From a virus (Duplodnaviria; Caudoviricetes), in IMG/VR virus record IMGVR_UViG_2767802105_000001, positions 1-64,000 of that record: 64,000 nt of DNA, one strand, 5' to 3'. The notes below the pieces were generated by a model that ran no database searches, was not told the DNA's origin, and was given only the letters and a program-made list of their open reading frames with translations. Within the stretch, counting starts at the first letter, position 1, and each line of letters begins with the position of its first letter. The translations under genes and the position numbers were made by a program. Positions 52,437 through 61,914 of this stretch are shown in pieces.

Positions 52437-52888
52437 CACACGCCGCCGACCAGGTCGAGGCGACCGGCGCGCTTCAGCTCGAAGTACAGGTCGGCCCGCT
52501 CGTCCTGCACGCCGTGCAGCTCCCGCCAGTCCGCCGGCGTCATGTAGTGCGAGTCCCGCACCGTCAGCCGGTCGATCACCGTCGACAGGGCACGGAACCG
52601 GGCGGCCTTCGCGTACATGGCGTCGACCAGGTCGAGCCTGCCCGCCTCGGCGAGGACGGTACGGGCGGCGGCCATGACGTCCTCGGCGTCGGCCAGCGAC
52701 CGCGCGTCCAGGTCCGACATGCGCCCGGACTCGGCGAGCCCGGCGAGCTGCGCGGCGTGCACGGCCGCCGTCTCGTACTCGGCAACCGCCCGCACGACCG
52801 GGAAGTGCGGCAGGGCGCGGGCCAGCGCGGCGGCGGCCTCCGGCGGCAACGGGGCGGTGGACGGGGCGGGGATGGTGGTCGACATCAC
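52436..52888 (-). CDS. Hypothetical protein with duplicated AGRLDLV motif
   Basis: AAGGAGG SD, internal repeat. Confidence 0.75.
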   Translation of the reverse strand: MMSTTIPAPSTAPLPPEAAAALARALPHFPVVRAVAEYETAAVHAAQLAGLAESGRMSDLDARSLADAEDVMAAARTVLAEAGRLDLVDAMYAKAARFRALSTVIDRLTVRDSHYMTPADWRELHGVQDERADLYFELKRAGRLDLVGGV

Positions 52889-53085
52889 GCGGCCTCCTTG
52901 GCGGCAGTCGGTGCGTCCGTCGAATTCAGGACGGACTCCGGGATGCGGAGGGCGCCGGTCGCGCCATCCCCGGGCGTGTAGGGCCGGCCGTTCCTGTAGG
53001 CCGGGAGATCTCCCTGGTGGATCCAGCGGTAGACGGTCGCGGGGTGCACTCGGAAGTGCGTCGCGACGTCCCGAACTCGCAGCAT
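52885..53085 (-). CDS. Excisionase-like HTH protein
   Basis: LRVRDVATHFRVHPATVYRWIHQGDLPAYR...LRIP. Confidence 0.85.
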   Translation of the reverse strand: MLRVRDVATHFRVHPATVYRWIHQGDLPAYRNGRPYTPGDGATGALRIPESVLNSTDAPTAAKEAA

Positions 53086-53259
53086 TGCGCCTCCGATCGA
53101 GTGCTTCGCATCTATCAGCAGACGTTAATAGCTTACGTATCTAGGTAGCAAGCCTCGCGGCATGGATCTGGCCAGAGATGACCCGACAGGCGTAAGCATC
53201 AAGGGATTAAGGTGGGGAGGTCAGCAGCCACAGACCCAACCGGAGAGGAGGCGCCAGAG

Positions 53260-53790
53260 ATGGCCGATAAGCAGCGGCAGTCGGACTCGCTCACCTACGT
53301 CGCACCACAGGAGAACGGGCAAGCCGACGCCTGGACCCAGGAAGCCGGACGACGAGGCGGCCAGCAGCTCGTCGAGGTCGCGGAAGTCACTCCGCCCGAG
53401 CCGGTAGCCACGGCACTACGCCTCTCCCCCGGAGAGTCGGCCATCGTCCGACGCCGGGCAATCTCACTGGACGGGGACGTGATCGAGCTCGCCGACTCGT
53501 ACTACCCGCCCGCCGTTGCCCGCGGTACCGCCCTCGCCGAGAAGCGGAAGATCAAGGGTGGCGCCCCGACCCTGCTGGCAGAGCTCGGCTACCAGGCGCG
53601 CCATGTCACCGAAGACCTGGAGTTCCGGGCCGCCGACGCTGCCGAACTCGAGGCGCTCTCCCTCCCCAAGGGGGCCAGCGTGCTCAGCCTGCTACGCACC
53701 ACCATCACCGACGACGGGAGTCCCTTCGAAGTGCAGCACATGGTCATGAAGGCGCCTCGCCGCCTCCACTACGAGATCGAGGTCGACTGA
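53260..53790 (+). CDS. UTRA-domain-only protein
   Basis: VATALRL, ELADSYYP, L.ELGY, FRAA...E...L; no HTH. Confidence 0.85.
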   Translation: MADKQRQSDSLTYVAPQENGQADAWTQEAGRRGGQQLVEVAEVTPPEPVATALRLSPGESAIVRRRAISLDGDVIELADSYYPPAVARGTALAEKRKIKGGAPTLLAELGYQARHVTEDLEFRAADAAELEALSLPKGASVLSLLRTTITDDGSPFEVQHMVMKAPRRLHYEIEVD

Positions 53791-53791
53791 C

Positions 53792-54556
53792 ATGCCCGAG
53801 CCGCACGAGGACAAGCGCCCCCTCGCCGAGCGCATCGCCGCAGAGATCAGAAAGCTGATCATGTCCGGCGACTGGGAGCCCGGTAAGCAGGTCCCGACCA
53901 ACGAGGCCCTCCGAACCCAGTACGAGACGTCCAACGTCACCATTCAGCGCGCCTTGCAGATCCTCAAGGACGAGAAGTTCCTCGAGGGCAAGACCGGCAT
54001 CGGCGTCTTCGTCCGAGGCGAACGAGCCCAGACGATCAGCCCCGCGCACTACATCGCCCCAGCCGAACCGGGTCAGCCGTACCGCTGGCTGACTGAGGCC
54101 ACCGGCCGTCAACAGCGCGGCAAGTACCGGATGCTCGCAGTCCAGGAGGTTGTCCCGCCGTCCGAGGTCGCGCGGGCACTGCGCCTCACGGATGGCGAGA
54201 CTGCGATGCTGCGCTCTCGCATCGGCTTCCTCGACGACCAGCCGGCCGAACTGGTGCATTCGTACTACCCGATCGAGCTGGCGCGGGACACACGGCTCGG
54301 CGACCGGCGCCTCATCCCCGGGGGCTCGCCTGCCCTGCTGGAGGAGATGGGCTACCCGACACGGTCGCAGGACGACGCGGTCGCCGCCCGGCCGGCGACA
54401 ACGGAAGAGTACGAGGCCCTGGAGATCCCGCGCGACGTGCCGGTGATCGAGGTCTTCCGCATCGTCTACAGCGACGATGAGAAGCCGATCGAGGTCACGC
54501 TCCTGACGAAGCCGGCCCACCGATTCAAGATGGGCTACCGCATCGAGATTTCCTGA
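53792..54556 (+). CDS. GntR/HutC-family repressor (Kor-like)
   Basis: GntR HTH (IAAEIRKLIMSG...TIQRAL...GIGVFV) plus UTRA; divergent from transfer operon. Confidence 0.9.
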   Translation: MPEPHEDKRPLAERIAAEIRKLIMSGDWEPGKQVPTNEALRTQYETSNVTIQRALQILKDEKFLEGKTGIGVFVRGERAQTISPAHYIAPAEPGQPYRWLTEATGRQQRGKYRMLAVQEVVPPSEVARALRLTDGETAMLRSRIGFLDDQPAELVHSYYPIELARDTRLGDRRLIPGGSPALLEEMGYPTRSQDDAVAARPATTEEYEALEIPRDVPVIEVFRIVYSDDEKPIEVTLLTKPAHRFKMGYRIEIS

Positions 54557-54696
54557 CGCAGCATCATCTTCCGCCCCCGGCCCGCAAGCTGGGGGCTTAC
54601 GCATGCCTGCGTCAGACAGCTTGATACCAAGACGAATAAGCTTTACGGTCGACTGCGTTGAGGGTGGCTCACGCCACACGCTCAGTTAGGAGCGGT

Positions 54697-55146
54697 ATGC
54701 CTGCATTGCCATCGCGTACAGCCGTCTACCGGCTATTCGACGCCGACGGAACCCTGCTCTACGTCGGGATGACCTACGCCCCAGAGCGGAGATTCCGAGA
54801 CCACCGAGCCAAGCGGACATGGTGGTCCCAGGTGGACGGCATCTCGATCGAATGGTTCACCACCCGCTACAGGGCCTCTCTGGCGGAGGCTAAGGCACTC
54901 AGGACCGAGCATCCCGTTCACAGCGTCCACCAAGCGGCGCCCTGGCGGGAGCAGCAGCGAGTTGACGCACTCGCGGTCTCCCCCGAGGCGCGACGCAACC
55001 GCTCGATCGGACTCACGGCCCACGCTGCCAGGGCGCGCTCCCTCTCGGCGCTCTGCAGGCAGGGGGTCCCGTACCGGGAAGCCCTGCGGCAAGCGCAGCT
55101 CATCCGGGAGCAGTACCTCGCGACCCACCCGTTCCACCGCCCGTAA
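54697..55146 (+). CDS. GIY-YIG nuclease-family protein
   Basis: AVYRLFD...LLYVGMT..PERRF..H, AE..A...E.P. Confidence 0.85.
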   Translation: MPALPSRTAVYRLFDADGTLLYVGMTYAPERRFRDHRAKRTWWSQVDGISIEWFTTRYRASLAEAKALRTEHPVHSVHQAAPWREQQRVDALAVSPEARRNRSIGLTAHAARARSLSALCRQGVPYREALRQAQLIREQYLATHPFHRP

Positions 55147-55553
55147 CGCGAACAGCCGGGCGCTCGCTTGGGTGCGGTTTTCAGTCGTTCGATCGGCATA
55201 GCTCGCGCCCGAGTTGCCTGCTGTGTCCGATCGGATGGTCCGTTGAATGACGAGCCGTGTGCACCTAGTTTGTCGGTTGCCTCTAGGAAACCGCGCAGGT
55301 CCCAAGCCCGTGACTTTGCACAAAAGTCCTGGCCAGGCAAGCTTTATGTGTCACGCCGGAAGCGATCTGGCTCGTCTGGCGTAGTCCAGGTAGGCCAGCC
55401 AGAAGTGATCGCAAACGTTGTGTCTCATCCGTGCCGGTCGGCTAGCTTCCTGAAGCACGAACGGCCGGGTGCATTGCCCGCACCCGGCCGTAGTTCGAAC
55501 AGCGGTTGCAGCCGCTGATCACCAACCCGCTCCTAGCAGAGAGAAGGTCTACG

Positions 55554-56018
55554 ATGACCTTAGTACATCGCAAAACGCGAACTGGCAACAGCACCCCCGT
55601 CTCGGCTCCTCGCACCTGGTCGTTCATCGACCGGAAGACGGGCGAAACCGTCGAGTACACGTGCATGCAGGGCTGCACCCTGGATCACTCGCACGAGATG
55701 GGCCGGCCCGTCTTCCGCGAGGACGTGTGGTGCTGGTTCTGGGACCAGCCGCTAACCCTCCCGGTGAATGAGAACGGCAGCCCGGAGGAGTTCCGGGTCC
55801 TGTCCACCGTGGTCAAGGTGGAGCCATGGGCGCCGCAGGTGGCGCACCGCCTGCCGTTCGCGGTAATCGAGCTGGTGGATGACCACTTCATCGACGGCCT
55901 GGACCCGGACGGCCTGGAGACGGTGATCAGCACCCTGTCGGAGCGGCTGGAGCAGATGCGGGCGACGCACCGCCGGCTGGTCGAGGCGCGGAAGGCGTAC
56001 CGGGAGCGGGCCGTCTGA
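55554..56018 (+). CDS. DUF6907-like protein
   Basis: CMQGCTLDH..., LDPDGL..V. Confidence 0.7.
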   Translation: MTLVHRKTRTGNSTPVSAPRTWSFIDRKTGETVEYTCMQGCTLDHSHEMGRPVFREDVWCWFWDQPLTLPVNENGSPEEFRVLSTVVKVEPWAPQVAHRLPFAVIELVDDHFIDGLDPDGLETVISTLSERLEQMRATHRRLVEARKAYRERAV

Positions 56019-56072
56019 CCGCTGCGCCACCCTGGCAGTTTGACGAGGGCCCAGCGGAACGTTGGGGTCTCG

Positions 56073-56393
56073 TCAAGCGGTTTGGGCGATTGAGTCTGTA
56101 ATGGCATCGCTAATCGCTGCTTTGATGCGCGCGATTTCGGCATCCTCCAGAAGTACGGCTTCCTGCGGGGCCCACATGGTCAGCGAGGTCGGGGCGATAC
56201 CTCGGGCTTCGTTGTCGCCGACTTTTCGCACCCACCCCTCCCAGGCGGGCAACTCGACGACGAAATGGGTCGCCAAAAGGTCCGGCTTCCATACTTGGAT
56301 GACTCTGGCCTGCACCTCTCCTGCACCTTCAGGAAGCAGGAGAGTGGCCGTGGGATACGGGAGGGGCATGTCGTACACGTCGTCCATGCGCAC
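56073..56393 (-). CDS. Hypothetical protein
   Basis: 106 aa ORF with lower GC. Confidence 0.5.
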   Translation of the reverse strand: MRMDDVYDMPLPYPTATLLLPEGAGEVQARVIQVWKPDLLATHFVVELPAWEGWVRKVGDNEARGIAPTSLTMWAPQEAVLLEDAEIARIKAAISDAITDSIAQTA

Positions 56394-56690
56394 TACCTAC
56401 TTGAGCGGCCACCTCAGCAGGGGGAGGCGCTCCGACGCTCAGCCATACGTGTTACCAGGTGGCGAACGCGTAGACGCCTGGCTCCCTCAGGTGCAGTCGG
56501 TGACCATGTGTTCACACTAGCGTTCGACTCGTCACGTCTCGTCCAGCACTTCACCCCCGGTCTTCCGACCGTCAGTGGCGCCCGATAGCGTGCTCTGACC
56601 GGGGGATGTGCCTGTCTGCCCGTAGGCCTGTCGAGTCGCGGCTGGGGGCGGCTCGTCTACGTTGGAGGGGCAGGCACTAGAGGGGACACC

Positions 56691-57143
56691 ATGGCGAGCG
56701 TGCAGGACGTGGCGGCGTACATCTTGACCAAGGATGGACCTATGTCCGCGATGAAGCTACAGAAGCTCTGCTACTTCGCTTACGGCTACCACATGGCGTG
56801 GGAGGACCGGCAGTTGTTCCCAGAACGATTCGAGGCGTGGGCAAACGGGCCTGTCGTCTGGGAGCTGTACGACCAGCACCGCGGCCGGTACCGGTTGGCG
56901 AAGGCGGACATCCAAGGTGACGCTGCGGCACTGGATGACGGCGAGCGGGACTCCGTGAACGTGGTCCTCGAGAACTTCCGCGCCTACGATGCGCACGAAC
57001 TGTCTGCGATGACGCACCAGCCGGGCCCATGGCTAGAGGCCCGGAAGCGAGCCGGCGTCACCGACTTGCAGCGCAGCAACGAGGAACTACGTGACGAGGA
57101 GATCGCCGATTTCTTCGGCGCGCTTGTGGGTCGCGAGGACTGA
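56691..57143 (+). CDS. Panacea/SocA (DUF4065) antitoxin
   Basis: MKLQKLCYFAYG, FEAWANGPV, LSAMTH..GPW. Confidence 0.92.
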   Translation: MASVQDVAAYILTKDGPMSAMKLQKLCYFAYGYHMAWEDRQLFPERFEAWANGPVVWELYDQHRGRYRLAKADIQGDAAALDDGERDSVNVVLENFRAYDAHELSAMTHQPGPWLEARKRAGVTDLQRSNEELRDEEIADFFGALVGRED

Positions 57144-57147
57144 TCAC

Positions 57148-57615
57148 GTGGCCAAGGGGGGCAAGGGGAAGAAGCTGCAGGTTCCGTCCGCCACGGTCTC
57201 GGAGGGGAAGCGGACGGGAAATCCTTCGTCGCTTCTGCCAGCCGCGGCGACGTCTTCCGAACGTCTCTGCTGGCGCTTCACCCACGTCGACCACGATGGT
57301 CGGTGGGGCTTTGACAGCATGGAATCGTCGGTTCTCTGCGAGGTGCTGCGCAAGCTCGCCGACTGTGAGTCGATGACTGTTGGCGAACTGCGGAAGAGCT
57401 GGCGGTTGTTCAAGGAGTACGACTTGCCAGGCGGCCTATGCAGGGAAGCACTCGACCGGCTGACGGCACTCCGCCGAGACGACATGACGAAGATCCATCG
57501 CCTTGAATTCACCGGGCTGCAACGTCTCTACGGCTTCCTGGACGGGAACGTCTTTCACATCGTCTGGTGGGATCCGCGCCATGAGGTCTACCCGTCGAAG
57601 CTCAAGAACACCTAA
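57148..57615 (+). CDS. Probable cognate toxin (RelE-like fold suspected)
   Basis: 4 nt after antitoxin; RLYG..DGNVFHIVWWDPRHEVYPS. Confidence 0.7.
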   Translation: MAKGGKGKKLQVPSATVSEGKRTGNPSSLLPAAATSSERLCWRFTHVDHDGRWGFDSMESSVLCEVLRKLADCESMTVGELRKSWRLFKEYDLPGGLCREALDRLTALRRDDMTKIHRLEFTGLQRLYGFLDGNVFHIVWWDPRHEVYPSKLKNT

Positions 57616-57618
57616 TAG

Positions 57619-57642
57619 AGGCCCCGGCTGATGCCGGGGCCT
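57619..57642. terminator. Hairpin terminator
   Basis: AGGCCCCGGC-TGAT-GCCGGGGCCT between convergent genes. Confidence 0.75.
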
Positions 57643-57649
57643 GAGCGCC

Positions 57650-58312
57650 TCAGCGCGCGGTTTCGTAGGTGACGGTTTCGTTGGGGCACTGGTCGGCGAG
57701 GGCCTGGAGCGCGGTCTGTTCGGCGGGGTCGATGGCCATCCGCCACCGGCCCTTCACGACCACCCAGTAGGTGAAGTATTCGCACCGGTTGGCTTCGGAC
57801 GGCGGCAGCCAGGTGGCCGGGTCCTGGTCGGCTTTGCTTCGGTTGCTGCGGGCGGTGACGGCGATGAGGGAGCGGGGGTCGCCGAGGTCGTTGGCGTAGG
57901 CCTCGCGTTCGGCGGCGGTCCAGTCGCCGGCGCCGGAGTCGTGGGCTTCGGCGAGGGGTACGCGGTGGTCGATGTCGCTGCCGCGGGCGCCATGGATGTA
58001 GGTGTCGTCGTAGGGGCTGTACCAGACGCCGCCGACCAGGGTGCACCGGCCGGTGATCTCTGGGGCTTCGACGGCTTCCTCGAGGAGGACTTCCGCCCTC
58101 GTGTTGCAGCCGTCTTTGTCGGCGTCGATCCAGTGTTTGAATTCGCTGCGCTGGTAGCCGTCGCGGGTTTCGGCTTTGACGGGGAGGCTGTCGAGGAGGC
58201 TGCGGACGGGCAGGGTGTGACTGGTGCCGGGGCCGTCGGGTGCGGCGTGGGCGGGGCTGATGAGGGTGGCGAGGGCCGCTCCGGTGGCGGCGAGGGTGGC
58301 GAGGATACGCAC
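57650..58312 (-). CDS. Secreted HNH/DUF1524-type nuclease
   Basis: Signal peptide (AHA), GY.R..F.HW, CNTR..VL, DIDH.VPL.EA..SGA, SNRSK.D.DP..WLP. Confidence 0.88.
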   Translation of the reverse strand: MRILATLAATGAALATLISPAHAAPDGPGTSHTLPVRSLLDSLPVKAETRDGYQRSEFKHWIDADKDGCNTRAEVLLEEAVEAPEITGRCTLVGGVWYSPYDDTYIHGARGSDIDHRVPLAEAHDSGAGDWTAAEREAYANDLGDPRSLIAVTARSNRSKADQDPATWLPPSEANRCEYFTYWVVVKGRWRMAIDPAEQTALQALADQCPNETVTYETAR

Positions 58313-58583
58313 GGGGCGCCCTTTCGAAGACGTGGCAGGTCACGATCTTCGTAGCGGCGTGGGAGTGATGAGGGCGACCGATCCGGCGGTACGTCACCCG
58401 CGGGTGGGGAAAGTCAGACAAACGCCGCCGACGCCAGAGGCAGCGGGCGGCGTGGGAGCAGTCGCACGTCTACCTCGCCTACACGGGGACGTTCTGACAC
58501 GACGAAAGCCCCGCCACCTCCAACACGGATGGGCGGGGCTGCGAATCTTCTAACCGACCGGGCGCCTGCTCCGGCTGGCCCGG

Positions 58584-58877
58584 CTAGCGGGAGCGGGTGG
58601 TTGGCAGATTCACGCTGCGGTCCTCAGGGTGCGGGTAGTACATCGTCGTCTCTCCGGCTTGGGGGTGGTCCCGGAAGAGGGCGTGGTCGAGTTCCGCCCG
58701 CGCCTGGTTGAGCGCCTTCTCGGCGGCCCTGAGCTTCCGGTAGGGCTCGCCCTCCACTCCGCTTCTCGGGTAGGCATTGGCGAGTTGGGTGACGCGGTGA
58801 ACGAGTTCGTTGTGGATGGCGGCGAGGGTGCGACCCAGTTCTTCGTGTTCTTCGAGGGTCAGTCTGGGCTTGGTCAC
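58584..58877 (-). CDS. Hypothetical protein
   Basis: KPRLTLEEHEELG...NAYP...YYP; AGGAG SD. Confidence 0.75.
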   Translation of the reverse strand: MTKPRLTLEEHEELGRTLAAIHNELVHRVTQLANAYPRSGVEGEPYRKLRAAEKALNQARAELDHALFRDHPQAGETTMYYPHPEDRSVNLPTTRSR

Positions 58878-58979
58878 TGGGTCTCCTGCATTCCGATGGA
58901 TGCCGATCTTGTTGATGTGACGGTACGAGCAGGATGGCCGTCTCGTCCGAACGTTGCACTCATTCAAGTGAGAGCTGGC

Positions 58980-59327
58980 CTATGCGGCTTCTTTCCTCTG
59001 CTGCCGCCGCCCGGCCCGGTAGGCGCGCTCCCCTTCGGGGCAGCCTTGCATGCAGGCCCACGGGTCTTCGCCGCGGCGGACGTGGGCGGCGAATCCGGCG
59101 TGGTCGCCGTGTCGTTCACGGCGGAGGATCCCGGCAAGGTGGGCGAGATGGACGGCGTGGGCAGACGAAGCGGCCCCGAGCTTGAGCAGGATCTGCTTGT
59201 TGATCGAGCCGACGCCGCCGAGGGTGATACCCAGATCGGTGCCGATCTGTGCCCACGACTGGCCGTCGGCTATCCGCTTGAGCACGTCCAACTGGCGCGC
59301 GGTCAGTGCCCGCATTGGTCGGGTCAC
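58980..59327 (-). CDS. LuxR-type HTH protein
   Basis: LTARQLDVL..IADG....IG..LGI....KLGA....HAV. Confidence 0.85.
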   Translation of the reverse strand: MTRPMRALTARQLDVLKRIADGQSWAQIGTDLGITLGGVGSINKQILLKLGAASSAHAVHLAHLAGILRRERHGDHAGFAAHVRRGEDPWACMQGCPEGERAYRAGRRQQRKEAA

Positions 59328-59524
59328 GGCTGCCTCCTGGCCTGGCTGGGCGGGGTGAGGCGTCCTTCGCGGATGGCTTTCTGCCGAAGGGCGTCTTCGA
59401 TGACGGCGGCGGGGATCATGCCGGGGAAGCAGTCGGCGAGGAGTCGCTCGGCGGTGGCGTTGATGTACTTGCGGCGGGTGGACGGCTTCGGCGGTAGGTG
59501 CTCGGCCGGCTTCGCTGCGGTCAT
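59324..59524 (-). CDS. Hypothetical protein
   Basis: GAAAGG SD, operon overlap. Confidence 0.65.
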   Translation of the reverse strand: MTAAKPAEHLPPKPSTRRKYINATAERLLADCFPGMIPAAVIEDALRQKAIREGRLTPPSQARRQP

Positions 59525-59576
59525 GGTGCTGGCCTTTCTCGGGCCGCCGCCCCGGGTGTGGGGCGGCGGCGGTGGT

Positions 59577-59837
59577 TCACGGTCGGGTGATGTGGAGGCG
59601 GCGCCTGCCGCCGCCGGGCTGCTGGTCGGGGATCACGCAGTAGCCGGCGGCCTGGAGTTCGAGCCGGTACTTCTCGAGGCCGTCGGCTTCGCCGGGGCCG
59701 TCGTGGAAGACGTTGACCTGTCGCCGGCCGGACTGCTCGGCGCGCCAGCCGGGCAGCCAGTCGTCGCCGGTCCATTCGGACGGCGGGTAGGGCTCGAGGA
59801 TGCGGGCGACAGCGGCGGCCCTGATCACGCCGGGCAT
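59577..59837 (-). CDS. Hypothetical protein
   Basis: TGATG overlap with MazG gene. Confidence 0.7.
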   Translation of the reverse strand: MPGVIRAAAVARILEPYPPSEWTGDDWLPGWRAEQSGRRQVNVFHDGPGEADGLEKYRLELQAAGYCVIPDQQPGGGRRRLHITRP

Positions 59838-60163
59838 CAGGCGGCCTTGGGGGTGCGCGACCGGGAGGCGATCTTCGCCAGCTTCGTGTTCAGGTGGGAG
59901 GCCGGGTCGTCCACCACCGAAGCCAGAGCGACCGCAGCGGTGACGATCACGTCGCAGAGTTCGTCAGCGACGTCCCCACGGTCGTGGGTGACGCCCTTCC
60001 GCGGGTTCTGCCCCTGGACGCCGATCCATGCCTGGGCAACTTCGCCGGCTTCCTCCGTGAGCTTCAGCATCCGCAGGGTGATCTCCTGCTGGCTGCGGCC
60101 GTTCTCGGAGTCGAGCCAGGCGACGAGCCCCTGGATGGTGGCCCACTGCTCGTTGCTGATCAT
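59837..60163 (-). CDS. MazG-like nucleotide pyrophosphohydrolase
   Basis: KLTEEAGEVAQA.IG..GQNPRKG...DELCDV. Confidence 0.9.
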   Translation of the reverse strand: MISNEQWATIQGLVAWLDSENGRSQQEITLRMLKLTEEAGEVAQAWIGVQGQNPRKGVTHDRGDVADELCDVIVTAAVALASVVDDPASHLNTKLAKIASRSRTPKAA

Positions 60164-60336
60164 GGGGTTCCTTTCGGTGAGGTGGTTGGTGGCGAGCGGT
60201 ATGTCGGTGATGGTGTGGAGTTGCACGGCGGTGAGGCCTTGGCCGCGGAGGTCGCGGAGCCGGGGATCGTCCGGGGTGGTGTCGTCGAGCTCTGGGTCCG
60301 TCCACAGCGGGTCGCAGAACGGGGGCGGGTCGGCGG

Positions 60337-60747
60337 TCATCGCGGGGCCTGGAAGGTCCACCAGCCGTCGTAGCCGGGCGGTATGGCCGGGTAGTTGGCG
60401 AGCATCGGCCGGAGGATGCCGAGGTGCTGCTCCATGACGGCGGGCTCCTGGGCTCCCCAGTAGCGTTCGCCGTCCCAGCGGCCAGCGCAGTCGCCGCCGT
60501 ACCGGCCGTCGTCGTGCTGTTCGAGGAACTGGCGGCCGTCGGCGGGCTCGGGGTACTGGAGGTCCCACAGGTCGCCGATGCAGGCGACGGTGACGCCGCG
60601 GCGGCGACGGAACCAGACGGCTTCGATACGACCGTCGAAGTAGTACTCGTTGCGGCCTTGCGGGGTTTCGGTCCGGCTGCCGCGGAGCGTGCCGAGGTCG
60701 ACGGCGTAGGGCTTGCGGCTGATGAGGAATCGGGCTTCGCGGATCAC
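60337..60747 (-). CDS. Hypothetical protein
   Basis: AGGAG SD, 136 aa. Confidence 0.7.
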   Translation of the reverse strand: MIREARFLISRKPYAVDLGTLRGSRTETPQGRNEYYFDGRIEAVWFRRRRGVTVACIGDLWDLQYPEPADGRQFLEQHDDGRYGGDCAGRWDGERYWGAQEPAVMEQHLGILRPMLANYPAIPPGYDGWWTFQAPR

Positions 60748-60887
60748 GGGCTACTCCTGATGATCGAAAGCTCTGTGCGCCTCTGTGAGGCTCTGGGGAG
60801 GGTTCTGGCATCGCGAGGGGCCGCCGGGCGGGTGCGGGGCGCTACAGCGGGCGTGCAGCACCCCGCACGGCAGTCACAGGGGCCGGG

Positions 60888-61835
60888 CTACGACTGCGCC
60901 CCGTCCTGCCGCGTCCCGGCGGCGGGCTGCTCGACGGTGTAGGTCGTGGTCGCGCGGACCAGGCGGCGCTGGGTGGGCGTGCCGTCCTTCCACTTCGGGC
61001 CGATCTTGACGGTGTGGGCAAGGTGGTTCACGGCGCGATCGCGGACGGCGTACCGGGTTCCGGGCACCCACTCATCGGCGACGGGGTCGTACAGCTCGGC
61101 AGCCCAGGTGTGTTCGGCGGGGTGTGCCTCGGTGGCTGCCGTCTCGTCGGCCACACGACGCAGCTCGGCCTCCGCCTGCCCGGCCCGCAGGATCTCCGCA
61201 CCGAGCTGACGCTGCACTTCGTCGACCTGCCGCTCCAGGACGATGACCCGCTCGGACTGTTCCAGCACCCGCTTGCCGCGCCGCTTGCACTCGACGCCGA
61301 CCTCGTCACGCATCTTCTGGGTGTGGTCCAGCTTCTTCTGCACCTTGGCCAGCTCGCAGCGCGGGCAGACGGGCTGTCCGTCCCGCATCGGCACGTCCAT
61401 GTCGTCGCGGCCGTGCCAGTGGAAGCCGCACGCCTCGTGGCTGTAGTTCGGGTCCAGCGGCGGCTCGGCGCTCGTGTCGGTGGCGTGGCCGACGGGCGCG
61501 GGCAGCACGGCCAGCACCGCGTCGGCGCCCTCGGCGGCGTCCCACTGCGGGTGGCCGAGGTCCATCAGGGCGTCGGCGATGCGGTCGCGGAGCGCGGCCT
61601 GGTCGGCGGACGGCAACGGCACGACCGGGGTGGCCCCGCGCGCCGGGTCGATCAGGTCAGCAGTGGCCAAGACGTGCTTCCCAGCGGCCGTGTCGACGCC
61701 CCACACGGCGGCGTCCCTCCGCTGCACGGCGGCCAGCTCCTGCGCGTGCAGGCACAGGGCGCCGTCGATCACATCCTCAGGCAGGCCGTGCCGGTACAGC
61801 AGGGCGCGGGCGGTCTCGGTGGTCTGGTTGGTCAT
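60888..61835 (-). CDS. Mosaic hypothetical protein
   Basis: GGAGG SD; CGFH...CPRC and coiled coil. Confidence 0.75.
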   Translation of the reverse strand: MTNQTTETARALLYRHGLPEDVIDGALCLHAQELAAVQRRDAAVWGVDTAAGKHVLATADLIDPARGATPVVPLPSADQAALRDRIADALMDLGHPQWDAAEGADAVLAVLPAPVGHATDTSAEPPLDPNYSHEACGFHWHGRDDMDVPMRDGQPVCPRCELAKVQKKLDHTQKMRDEVGVECKRRGKRVLEQSERVIVLERQVDEVQRQLGAEILRAGQAEAELRRVADETAATEAHPAEHTWAAELYDPVADEWVPGTRYAVRDRAVNHLAHTVKIGPKWKDGTPTQRRLVRATTTYTVEQPAAGTRQDGAQS

Positions 61836-61914
61836 CGGGTTCCTCCAGGACAGGACGGGATGGAAAGATCGGGGCCAGGCCCAGGGCGATAGGCGCGCCC
61901 CGGGCTGCTGGCGT

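Noticed and set aside
56512-56527. Second SOS-box-like site TCGAAC-GCTA-GTGTGA
   Set aside because: One half-site is weak and no convincing gene start follows closely
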